Origin: Myxococcota bacterium
GTDB taxonomy: Bacteria; Myxococcota_A; UBA9160; PR03
Length of the DNA: 55,515 bases
Reading direction: 5' to 3'
Assembly (NCBI GenBank): GCA_028284525.1
Contig: JANQRO010000445.1
Coordinates: 1-55,515, forward strand
Below the pieces are notes generated by a model. It did not search any database, was not told the origin of the DNA, and was given only the letters and a program-made list of their open reading frames with translations. Position 1 is the stretch's first letter; each line of letters starts with the position of its first letter. Below are positions 8,100 to 16,889 of this stretch, piece after piece. A program made the position numbers and the translations under genes.

Positions 8100-11000
8100 C
8101 TACGGCCGGCGCGACCGGCTCGTCGTGGCCTACGCGCAGGGCGTCGTGCGCTGGCGCTGGGCGGTCCTGGTGGCCTCGCTGGTGGTGGCGGGGCTCGCGA
8201 CCTCCGGGCTGCGGCACCTCCAGTTCATCGCCGACTACCGCTACTACTTCAGCCCCGAGAACCCGAATCTTCGGGCCTTCGACCGACTGCAGAACACCTA
8301 CACGAAGATGGACAACATCCTCTTCGTGGTCGCGCCGCGCGAGGGAGACGTCTTCGACGCCGGGGTCCTCGAGGAGATTCTCTGGCTGACGGAGCAATCG
8401 TGGCAGATCCCCCATTCGATCCGCGTCGACTCCCTCAGCAACTTTCAGCACAGCTGGGCCGAGGAAGACGACCTCACGGTCGAGGACCTCGTGGCGGGCG
8501 CGACCGCGCTCGATGCGGCGGAGCTCGAAAGGATCCGCGACGTGGCGCTCCACGAACCGCTTCTGGCGCGCAAGCTCGTCGCCGCCGACGGTCGCGCCAC
8601 CGCGGTCAACGTGACGATCCAGGTGCCGGAGGGCAGCGCGCTGGCGGGCGCCGAATCCGTCGCCCACGCCCGGGAGATCCTGGGTGCGCTCCGAGATCGG
8701 GGCGCCGCCGTCGACGTGGCGCTCACCGGCAACGTCCTGCTGAGCGACGCCTTTGGCGAGTCGATGGCCCGCGACATCCGCACCCTCGTCCCGTGGATGT
8801 ACGTCGCCCTGATCGCGGCGATGCTGCTCTTTCTGCGCTCCGTCTCGGGGACGATCGCCGTGCTCTCCGTCACGGCCCTCTCGGTCGTCACGGCGGTCGG
8901 GATGGCGGGCTGGCTGGGGATCCCGATCAGCCCGCCCGCGGCGACCTCGCCCACGATCATCCTGACCATCGCGATCGCCGACGGCATCCACATCCTCGTG
9001 ACCCTCACCCGGGACATGCGTCAGGGACAGAGCAAGACCGAGGCGTTGATCGACAGCCTGCGGATCAACTGGCAGCCGGTGTTCCTCACCAGTCTCACGA
9101 CCATCATCGGGTTCCTGTGTTTTCGCTTCAGCGTGATGATGGCCTACCGAGACCTCGGGATGATCACCGCGATGGGGGTGGCCGCGGCCTGGTTCTACTC
9201 GGTGACCTTTCTCCCCGCCTTCGTTTCGCTGGCGCCCTACCGGGTACGCCCGGCGCGGCGTCTCAGACGCTTGTCGATGGAGAACTTCGCCGAGTGGCTG
9301 GTGCGCCACCGCAGCCGAATCCTCCCCTCCACGGTGGTGGTGGCGCTGGCCGCGACGGCGCTGATTCCGCGTCTCGACCTCAACGACAGCTTCGTCGAGT
9401 ACTTCGACGAGAGCATCCAGTTCCGACGCGACACCGATTTCACGACCGAGAAACTCTCGGGGATCTACCAGGCCCACTACTCGCTCGACGCCGGCGCCGA
9501 AGCGGCGGTGAACGAACCGGACTACCTCCACGCCGTCGAGGCCTTCGAGACCTGGCTGCGCGGCCAACCCGAGGTGGACCACGTCAGCGCGCTCCCACAG
9601 ACGATGAAGCGGCTCAACAAGAACATGCACGGCGACGACGCCGCGTTCTATCGGCTTCCCGAGTCCCGCGAGCTCGCCGCCCAGTATCTCCTGCTCTACG
9701 AGATGTCGTTGCCCTACGGGCTCGATCTGAACAACCAGATCAACGTCAAGAAGTCGGCCACCAAGGTCACCGCGACGCTCAAGAACATCTCGTCGGCGGA
9801 GCTCCGGCGCTTCGACGCGCGGGCGCAGGCGTGGCTCGCGACGCACCCCGTCACCGAGCAGTCCCAGGGAGCGAGCCTCGCGCTCATGTTCGCCCACATC
9901 GGCCTGCTCAACGTGCAGGCGATGCTCTTTGGCACCGCGCTGGCCTTCGCCCTGATCTCGCTCCTCCTGATGCTCGAACTGCGCAGCCTGCGGCTCGGGC
10001 TGTTGAGTCTGATTCCGAATCTTGTCCCCACCCTCATGGCGTTTGGGGTGTGGTCGCTGCTGGTGGGCGAAGTGGGCGCGGCGCTCGGCGTGATCACCGC
10101 CGCCAGCCTGGGGATCATCGTCGACGCGACGGTCCACTTCTTGAGCAAGTACCTCCGCGCCCGCCGCGAACGCGACGCCTCGCCGGAAGACGCCGTCCGC
10201 TACGCCGTCTCGACGGTGGGCTCGGCGTTGTGGATCAGCTTTCTGATCCTCGTCGCCGGCTTCGCCGTCCTCTCCCAATCGACCTTCAAGGTCAACGCCG
10301 AGTTCGGTCTGTTGATCTCGATCACGATCGGCGCCGCGTTGCTCGCCGATTTCCTGCTGCTGCCGACCCTGCTCATGTGGGTCGACCGCCGCGCCACCGA
10401 AGATGGAGGAACCATGCACCGCAAATCCGCTGCCGCCCTGGCGGTCGCCGCCGCCCTGCTCGTCGCCGGCGTCCCGTCGGCCCACGCCGAGACCCCCGAG
10501 GAAAAGGGTCTCGCGATCGCGATGGAGGGCGACCGCCGCGACCACGGCTTCATCAACTCGACCAGCACCCTCAAGATGGTCCTGGCCAACAAGCAGGGCG
10601 AGACCAGCGAGCGCGAGCTTCGCAGCCGGGTGCTCGAGGTGCCCGAGATGGACGAGGGCGACAAGTCGCTGATCGTGTTCGACACCCCCCGCGACGTGAA
10701 GGGGACGGCCTTTCTCTCCTTCACCCACATCACCGAGCCCGACGACCAGTGGCTCTACCTGCCCTCGCTCAAGCGGGTGAAGCGCATCAGCTCGAAGAAC
10801 AAGTCCGGGCCCTTCATGGGGAGCGAGTTCGCCTACGAGGACATGAGCTCGCAGGAGGTCGCGAAGTACACGTACAAATGGCTGCGAGACGAGCCCTGTG
10901 GTGAATACACCTGCTTCGTCGTCGAGCGCTATCCCGTGTACGAGAACTCCGGATACACCCGGCAGATCGTCTGGGCCGACCAGGAGGAGTACCGGATCCT

Positions 11001-11217
11001 CAAGACCGAGTACTACGACCGCAAGGACGCCCTCTTGAAGACCCTCGTGTTGTCCGATTACCACCGGTACCTGGACAAACACTGGCGGGCCCACGATCTC
11101 TACATGGAAAACCACCAGACCGGCAAAACCACACGGCTGACCTGGAGCGAGTTCCAGTTCCAGATCGACATCGACGAGAACGACTTCGACAAGAACGCCT
11201 TGAAGCGGGCGCGTTGA
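8092..11217 (+). CDS. RND-superfamily permease (paralog 2) continuing in frame into a LolA-like outer-membrane lipoprotein-sorting domain
   Basis: 1041-aa uninterrupted ORF. Residues 1-774 are colinear and highly similar by eye to paralog 1. The C-terminal part carries ..DQWLYLPSLKRVKRISS..FMGSEFAYEDM.., typical of LolA-like sorting proteins. GTG start overlaps the paralog 1 stop by 8 nt. Confidence 0.8.
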   Translation: MHDYGRRDRLVVAYAQGVVRWRWAVLVASLVVAGLATSGLRHLQFIADYRYYFSPENPNLRAFDRLQNTYTKMDNILFVVAPREGDVFDAGVLEEILWLTEQSWQIPHSIRVDSLSNFQHSWAEEDDLTVEDLVAGATALDAAELERIRDVALHEPLLARKLVAADGRATAVNVTIQVPEGSALAGAESVAHAREILGALRDRGAAVDVALTGNVLLSDAFGESMARDIRTLVPWMYVALIAAMLLFLRSVSGTIAVLSVTALSVVTAVGMAGWLGIPISPPAATSPTIILTIAIADGIHILVTLTRDMRQGQSKTEALIDSLRINWQPVFLTSLTTIIGFLCFRFSVMMAYRDLGMITAMGVAAAWFYSVTFLPAFVSLAPYRVRPARRLRRLSMENFAEWLVRHRSRILPSTVVVALAATALIPRLDLNDSFVEYFDESIQFRRDTDFTTEKLSGIYQAHYSLDAGAEAAVNEPDYLHAVEAFETWLRGQPEVDHVSALPQTMKRLNKNMHGDDAAFYRLPESRELAAQYLLLYEMSLPYGLDLNNQINVKKSATKVTATLKNISSAELRRFDARAQAWLATHPVTEQSQGASLALMFAHIGLLNVQAMLFGTALAFALISLLLMLELRSLRLGLLSLIPNLVPTLMAFGVWSLLVGEVGAALGVITAASLGIIVDATVHFLSKYLRARRERDASPEDAVRYAVSTVGSALWISFLILVAGFAVLSQSTFKVNAEFGLLISITIGAALLADFLLLPTLLMWVDRRATEDGGTMHRKSAAALAVAAALLVAGVPSAHAETPEEKGLAIAMEGDRRDHGFINSTSTLKMVLANKQGETSERELRSRVLEVPEMDEGDKSLIVFDTPRDVKGTAFLSFTHITEPDDQWLYLPSLKRVKRISSKNKSGPFMGSEFAYEDMSSQEVAKYTYKWLRDEPCGEYTCFVVERYPVYENSGYTRQIVWADQEEYRILKTEYYDRKDALLKTLVLSDYHRYLDKHWRAHDLYMENHQTGKTTRLTWSEFQFQIDIDENDFDKNALKRAR
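10414..11217 (+). other. LolA-like domain with its own SD, ATG and signal peptide (possible internal translation start)
   Basis: GGAGGA at 10405-10410, then ATG 10414 in frame with the RND ORF. It encodes MHRKSAAALAVAAALLVAGVPSAHA/ETPEE, a classic type I signal peptide with an AHA cleavage motif. Confidence 0.6.
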
Positions 11218-12410
11218 CCCACACCCGCGTCGTCGCAGTGCTCGGGCTCGTGTGTCTCCTCGCCGGCGACGCGCGGGCCCACGAGCTCACGGGCTTTCTG
11301 GCCGCCGACTATCGGGGGTTCTGGCAGTCGTCGCTCTTTACCGAGCAACACACCAACGACCCCTCCTTCGTCGCGCAGCCCGAGTACTACCACGAGTGGA
11401 ACCAGGGCGACGACATCATCACGCTCACGCCCTTCTACCGCTTCGACTTCAACGACTCCAAGCGGCGCCACGGCGACATCCGCGAGTTCTCCTACCTCCA
11501 CGCGGCGGACCAGTGGGAGCTCTACGCGGGCATCGGCAAGGTGTTCTGGGGGGTGACCGAGGTCCAGCACCTGGTCGACATCATCAACCAGATCGACCAG
11601 GTGGAGGACATCGACCAGGAGGACCGGCTCGGCCAGCCGATGTTGCGGCTCTCCTGGATCCAGGACTGGGGGACGCTCCAGTTCTTCACCCTCCCCGGCT
11701 TCCGCGAGCGCACCTTCCCCGGGGCCAACGGGCGTTTGCGCCCCGCGGAACCGATCGACGTCGACGATGCGGAGTACGAGTCGGGCGCGGAGTGGCGCCA
11801 CGTCGACTTCGCGCTGCGCTACGAGCACACCTTGGGCGACTTCGACGTCGGGGTGGCGCACTTCTGGGGAACGAGCCGCGAGCCCCGCATCGTCCCCCGG
11901 CCGACGCTCAAGGGTCTCGACCTCCATCCCTTCTACGACATCATCCACCAGTCGAGCATCGACGTGCAGGCGACCCTCGACAACTGGCTGCTCAAGCTCG
12001 AGGGGATCTACCGCACCGGCCACGGACACGGATTCTCGGCCTGGTCCGGCGGGATCGAGTACTCCTTCTACGGGGTCTTCGAGAGCAACGTGGACGTGGG
12101 CATCGTGCTCGAGGGGATGTACGACCACCGCGACCCCGACAAGGCGCCGCCCAACCTCTTCCAGCGCGACGTCTTCGCCGGGGTGCGGCTGGGCTTCAAC
12201 GACGTCCAGAACACCGAGTTTCTCGGGGGCGCGATCTACGACCTCGAGTTCAACCACGTGACCTACTTCGTCGAGGCGAGTCGCCGCATCGGCGACCGCT
12301 GGAAGGTCGAGCTCGACGTGCGGATCTTCAGCCGCTTCTCGCCCACGGACCCCGGCGCCTTCATCCGCCGGGATGACCACGTCCAGCTGCGGATCGCCCG
12401 CTTCTTCTGA
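11214..12410 (+). CDS. Putative outer-membrane beta-barrel protein (family not identified)
   Basis: 398 aa. Signal peptide ..VAVLGLVCLLAGDARAHE.., alternating aromatic/polar strands and a C-terminal ..LRIARFF ending in Phe (OMP beta-signal). TTG start overlaps the preceding stop by 4 nt. Confidence 0.75.
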   Translation: MTHTRVVAVLGLVCLLAGDARAHELTGFLAADYRGFWQSSLFTEQHTNDPSFVAQPEYYHEWNQGDDIITLTPFYRFDFNDSKRRHGDIREFSYLHAADQWELYAGIGKVFWGVTEVQHLVDIINQIDQVEDIDQEDRLGQPMLRLSWIQDWGTLQFFTLPGFRERTFPGANGRLRPAEPIDVDDAEYESGAEWRHVDFALRYEHTLGDFDVGVAHFWGTSREPRIVPRPTLKGLDLHPFYDIIHQSSIDVQATLDNWLLKLEGIYRTGHGHGFSAWSGGIEYSFYGVFESNVDVGIVLEGMYDHRDPDKAPPNLFQRDVFAGVRLGFNDVQNTEFLGGAIYDLEFNHVTYFVEASRRIGDRWKVELDVRIFSRFSPTDPGAFIRRDDHVQLRIARFF

Positions 12411-12477
12411 GCCGGGACCCTGCGGGGACGGCCGCGCCCCCGTGGTAGCATCGGCCCTCCGATCAGAAGGGAGCGAC

Positions 12478-13428
12478 ATGGCCGAGAGAACGCGATTGCC
12501 GGAGACCCCCGAGCCGATGCACCGCTGGGAAGCCACCGACGGCGTCCTGCTCGCCGGAGACGTCTGGGGCGACCCCGAGGGCCCGCTGGTCCTCCTCCAG
12601 CACGGTGGCGGCCAGACCCGGCACGCGTGGAAGGGCGCCGGGGAGGCGCTGGGCGCGGCGGGCTATCACGCGATCGCCTTCGACGCGCGCGGGCACGGCG
12701 ATTCGGGCTGGTCCCCCGACGGCCTCTACGACCAGGATCACATGATCGCGGATCTGGTCGCCCTGATCGATCGACTCGGGGGCAAGCGGCCCGTGCTGGT
12801 GGGCGCCTCGATGGGCGGCGGGGTGAGCCTCGGCGCCATCGGCGAGGACCACGTCGACGCCACCGCGCTCGTGCTGGTGGACATCGCGCCCCAGATCGAG
12901 CGCGAGGGCGCGGCGCGAATCATGGCCTTCATGCAGCAGCGACCCGAGGGCTTCGACACCCTCGAGGAGGTGGCGGAGGCGATCGCCAGCTATCAGCCCC
13001 ATCGCAAGCGGCCCCGGACCCTCGACGGGCTCGCCAAAAACCTCCGCCTCGCTGAGGACGGCCGCTACCACTGGCACTGGGATCCCGCCTTCCTGAGTCG
13101 GCCCCGCGATCTGAAGAAGCGCACGGATCGGCTCCAGGCCTGCGCCCAGCGGCTCACGCTGCCCACCCTGCTGGTGCGCGGCGGGCTCTCCGACGTGCTG
13201 AGCGAGGACGGGGCCCAGGCCTTCCTGCGCTCCTGCCCGCACAGCGAATACGTCAACGTCACCGACGCCGCGCACATGGTGGCGGGGGACCGCAACGACA
13301 TCTTCTCGGACGCCGTGATCGAGTTCCTGTCGCGCAACGTGCCGGTGGACGGGGAACCGGTGCAGGCGCCCCACGAGACCCACCCGCATCACGAGGGCCC
13401 CGAGGGCGACCTGAACGACGTCCCGTAG
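12478..13428 (+). CDS. Alpha/beta-fold hydrolase
   Basis: Start at ATG 12478, after GAAGGGAG. ..LVLLQHGGGQTRHAW.., nucleophile elbow GASMGGG and C-terminal ..AAHMVAGD... Confidence 0.85.
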   Translation: MAERTRLPETPEPMHRWEATDGVLLAGDVWGDPEGPLVLLQHGGGQTRHAWKGAGEALGAAGYHAIAFDARGHGDSGWSPDGLYDQDHMIADLVALIDRLGGKRPVLVGASMGGGVSLGAIGEDHVDATALVLVDIAPQIEREGAARIMAFMQQRPEGFDTLEEVAEAIASYQPHRKRPRTLDGLAKNLRLAEDGRYHWHWDPAFLSRPRDLKKRTDRLQACAQRLTLPTLLVRGGLSDVLSEDGAQAFLRSCPHSEYVNVTDAAHMVAGDRNDIFSDAVIEFLSRNVPVDGEPVQAPHETHPHHEGPEGDLNDVP

Positions 13429-13433
13429 GGCGC

Positions 13434-14450
13434 CTAGGCCCCTGCGGCGTCGGCGACTCGGACGATGCGCTTGCCGAGGTTCTCCCCGGCGAGGAGCCCC
13501 ACCAGGGCTCGGGGCGCGGCGTCGAGACCGTCGAGGATGTCCTCTCGGGCGATCAACGCCCCGCTCTCCAGCCAGCCCGCCAGGCGCCGGGTCGCGACCT
13601 CGCGCTGGGCGAAGAAGTCCATCACGATGAACCCCTCCATGCGCAGGCGCTTGGTCACGATCAGACCGGGGACGCCGCGCGGACCGGGTGCCGGGCTCCC
13701 GGTGTCGTACTGCGACACCACGCCGCAGACGACGATGCGACCGCCGAGGTTCATGCGCCGCAGCGCCACCTCGAGGATGTCCCCTCCGGTGTTGTCGAAG
13801 AAGACGTCGATCCCGTCGGGACAGTGCTCCTTGAGGGCGCTCGAGAGCGACGCCGTCTTGTAGTTGATCGCGGCGTCGAAGCCGAGCCGCCCGGTGAGCC
13901 ACTGGCACTTCTCCTCGGAGCCCGCGAGGCCCACGACGCGACAGCCGGCGATCCGCGCGATCTGTCCCGCGACGCTGCCGGTGGCGCCCGCCGCCGCCGA
14001 CACCAGAACGGTCTCGCCGGGGCGCGGCCGGCCGACCTCGAGCAGCCCGAAGTAGGCGGTGAGGCCGGTCAGCCCGAGCACCGAGAGATGGTGGGTGAGC
14101 TCGGTGACGGGCTCGATCGGCACCAGCGTCCCGGCGGGCTGGCAGGCGTACTCCTGCCAGCCGTTGTCGCACTCGACGATCTGCCCGGGGCGAAAGCGCG
14201 GGTCTCGCGACGTCACCACCTCGGCCAGGGTGAAGCCCGACATCACGTCTCCGGCCCGCACCGGGGCGCGATAGGTGGCCCCCTGCATCCAGGTCCGATT
14301 GGCCGGGTCGATCGACAGCAGCAGGGTCCGGGTGAGCACCTGGCCCTCCGCCGGCACCTCGCGGTCGACGTGGCGGCTCTCGAAGTGCGTTTCGGCGAGC
14401 CGATCCTCCGGCAGCGCCCGGACCACGATCTGGTGATTTCGCTCGGTCAC
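13434..14450 (-). CDS. NADP-dependent oxidoreductase, medium-chain dehydrogenase/reductase family (alkenal/one reductase-like)
   Basis: 338 aa. ..ETVLVSAAAGATGSVAGQIAR.. Rossmann motif and overall YncB/PTGR-like layout. Confidence 0.9.
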   Translation of the reverse strand: MTERNHQIVVRALPEDRLAETHFESRHVDREVPAEGQVLTRTLLLSIDPANRTWMQGATYRAPVRAGDVMSGFTLAEVVTSRDPRFRPGQIVECDNGWQEYACQPAGTLVPIEPVTELTHHLSVLGLTGLTAYFGLLEVGRPRPGETVLVSAAAGATGSVAGQIARIAGCRVVGLAGSEEKCQWLTGRLGFDAAINYKTASLSSALKEHCPDGIDVFFDNTGGDILEVALRRMNLGGRIVVCGVVSQYDTGSPAPGPRGVPGLIVTKRLRMEGFIVMDFFAQREVATRRLAGWLESGALIAREDILDGLDAAPRALVGLLAGENLGKRIVRVADAAGA

Positions 14451-14687
14451 GGTTCATGTTCCTCCGGGGACGGACGGCCCTGGGGCCCGCGGTGGCGCGT
14501 TTGGACATGCAGTGGCGGGCCCGCCGATGCGGGGGTTTTGACCCGCTCGCGCTGTGCCTACCTGCTCTTCGTCCCAAAAATACCTGGCGATGGCCTTCAC
14601 GAACTCGCAGCTCTAGTGCACAATCCCCTCGATCCTATCGCCCCATCGATAGAAACCGGGAGCGATCCAGACATGGAGGGTGCCGCC

Positions 14688-15494
14688 ATGGTCCGGTTTC
14701 GGTTCACTCGGGTCCGACTCGCCTGCTTGGGTGCCGCATTGGCCCTGGCACTGACGGGCCAGCCGGCTCAAGCATATCTGGTCTTCTTCGGCGAAGACGT
14801 CAACAACAGCGAGACGGTCCCGCTCGACGCGTTCCCTCTTGCTTCGGCGGCCGAGGCGCAGTTCCTCGCCTTCCTGGTCGGCGTCGGCACCGAGAATTTC
14901 GAGGGCTTCGAGGTCAAGCAGGGCCAGCCCCTCGACCTGTTCTTCCCCGGCGCCGGGATGGCGACACTGTCCGGGAGCAGTGGCGAGATTCGGCAGCTCA
15001 ACAAAGGCAACGCGGACTTCGGCCGCTACGGCGTCACCGACAACGGCGACCCCGAGCAGTACTGGCAGGTCCGCGCCGGCACCTCCACGGGTGACTTCGA
15101 CATCACTTTCGACAACGGCCCCGATGGCATCGCGGCCTTCGGGTTCTGGGGGGTCGACCTCGGCGACTTCGGCGGAACCCTGCAACTGAGCATCATGACC
15201 ACCGAGGGGACCATGGAGGACTTCCTGGTTCCCCACACCGTCGGATCGATGGCGAGCAACGGGGGCTCGGTCGTGTTCTGGGGCGTGATCGCCGAAGAGG
15301 GCGACCCGGGCTTCACGATGGTCGACTTCCTCACCACGGAGGTCGACCCGGGCTTCAAGGAGACCTTTGCCTTCGACGACTTCACGATCGGTAGCCGCGA
15401 ACAGATCGAGCCGCCGATCCCCGAGCCCGCGACGGCGCTGCTGATCGGTGTCGGGTTGCTCGGGCTCGGGATGTCGCGACGGCGCACGCACTAG
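14688..15494 (+). CDS. PEP-CTERM sorting-domain secreted protein
   Basis: Start at ATG 14688, with GGAGGG 7 nt upstream. Signal peptide ..LACLGAALALALTGQPAQA.. and C-terminal IPEPATALLIGVGLLGLGMSRRR (PEP motif, TM helix, Arg cluster). Confidence 0.8.
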   Translation: MVRFRFTRVRLACLGAALALALTGQPAQAYLVFFGEDVNNSETVPLDAFPLASAAEAQFLAFLVGVGTENFEGFEVKQGQPLDLFFPGAGMATLSGSSGEIRQLNKGNADFGRYGVTDNGDPEQYWQVRAGTSTGDFDITFDNGPDGIAAFGFWGVDLGDFGGTLQLSIMTTEGTMEDFLVPHTVGSMASNGGSVVFWGVIAEEGDPGFTMVDFLTTEVDPGFKETFAFDDFTIGSREQIEPPIPEPATALLIGVGLLGLGMSRRRTH

Positions 15495-15513
15495 CCACAC
15501 CCCTCCTCCACTC

Positions 15514-15552
15514 GACGCCCCCGCGTTGCGACGCGGGGGCGTCGTTGTTTGT
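15514..15552 (+). terminator. Rho-independent terminator after the PEP-CTERM gene
   Basis: Perfect 12-bp GC stem gacgcccccgcg / cgcgggggcgtc with loop ttgcga, followed by gttgtttgt. Confidence 0.65.
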
Positions 15553-15630
15553 GGGCACCGCCGGCACCGATCGGCTCGGTGGTATGATGCCGACCGTCCG
15601 CGAGCATGCGGCAGAGCGTGGAGGGCGAAC

Positions 15631-16881
15631 ATGGCGGAGCTGGTTGGAGACAGCCCCCGCGGTCTGCGGGGGAAGTACGCGATCGTCGGGGTCGGAGAAA
15701 CGGGGTACAGCCGTGGCACGGACGCGACGACGCGGCACCACGCCACCCGAGCGATTCGCGCGGCGATGGCCGACGCGGGCCTCGGCGCCGGCGACATCGA
15801 CGGCATGCTCTCCTACAGCTACAACGACTCGACCCCGTCGCCGACCGTCGCCGGCGACCTCGGCATCCGGCTCAACTTCCACATGGACGTCTACGGCGGC
15901 GGCTCGAGCACCGAGGCCCTGGTGGGGATCGCGATCGGGGTGATCGAGGCGGGGATGTGTAGCACCGTCGTCATCTACCGCGCGATGAACGGGTACTCCC
16001 AGGTGCGGATCGGCGGCACGGGCAACCGCGGCGCGGTGGCTCCGCTCTCGGGGGAGGGGCTCCTCGGGCGCGGCTACGGCTTCATGAGCGCCGGACAGCT
16101 CTTCGCCCCGACCTTCATGCGTCACATGTACGACTACGGTACAAGGCCCGAGCAGGTCGCGATGGTCAAGGTGATCCACTCGGAGCACGCCTCGAACAAC
16201 CCCAAGGCCTTCTACAAGCAGCGGGTGAGCGTCGACGACGTGCTCGGCAGCCGGATGATCGTGAGGCCGTTGCACCTGCTCGACTGTTGTGTCGAGACCG
16301 ACAACGGCAACGCCCTGATCGTGACGAGCCTCGAGCGCGCCCGGGACTGTCGCGCCCGACCCGCGGTGATCCAGTCGGTCGTCGGGCGCTGTTGCAAGCC
16401 CCGCGCGGACATGCACTACCAGGCGGGCCCGATCTCCACGGTCGCGGGCCACTACGCCAAGGACATCCTGTGGCCCAACGCCGGGGTCGGACCCGAAGAC
16501 ATCGACCTCACGGGCTCCTACGACGCCTTCACCTTCACCACCATGCTCCAGCTCGAGGACTACGGGTTCTGCAAGAAGGGAGAAGGCGGCGACTACGTGA
16601 GCTCCGGGGAGATGCGTCTCGGCGGTCGGCGCCCCAACAACACCAGCGGGGGCCACCTCTGCGAGGGCTACACCCACGGTGTCAACATGGTGATCGAGAA
16701 CGTCCGGCAGCTCCGCGGCGAGGTCGACGACAGCTGTGCCGTGGACGCGGATGGACGGCGCCATCACACCTACCACTACGGCGAAGGCGGCTGCCGTCAG
16801 GTACGCGATGCCGAGCTCAGCGCGAACCTCGGTTGGGGAACACCGGGGATCGGGTCGGCCATGGTGATGGCGCGGGGATAG
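15631..16881 (+). CDS. Thiolase-like protein (SCP-x / lipid-transfer type)
   Basis: Start at ATG 15631, after GGAGGG. ..KYAIVGVGETGYSRG.., ..LLDCCVETDNGNALIV.. and ..NTSGGHLCEGYTHGVN.. are typical of DUF35-partnered thiolases. Confidence 0.85.
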   Translation: MAELVGDSPRGLRGKYAIVGVGETGYSRGTDATTRHHATRAIRAAMADAGLGAGDIDGMLSYSYNDSTPSPTVAGDLGIRLNFHMDVYGGGSSTEALVGIAIGVIEAGMCSTVVIYRAMNGYSQVRIGGTGNRGAVAPLSGEGLLGRGYGFMSAGQLFAPTFMRHMYDYGTRPEQVAMVKVIHSEHASNNPKAFYKQRVSVDDVLGSRMIVRPLHLLDCCVETDNGNALIVTSLERARDCRARPAVIQSVVGRCCKPRADMHYQAGPISTVAGHYAKDILWPNAGVGPEDIDLTGSYDAFTFTTMLQLEDYGFCKKGEGGDYVSSGEMRLGGRRPNNTSGGHLCEGYTHGVNMVIENVRQLRGEVDDSCAVDADGRRHHTYHYGEGGCRQVRDAELSANLGWGTPGIGSAMVMARG

Positions 16882-16889
16882 GAGACGAG

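Noticed and set aside
5709-11115. 704-aa (5709-7823) and 1035-aa (8008-11115) minus-strand ORFs opposite the RND genes.
   Set aside because: They are antisense to ORFs with clear RND/MMPL and LolA-like motifs. Their products are Arg/Asp/Gly/His-rich with no TM pattern or family signature.
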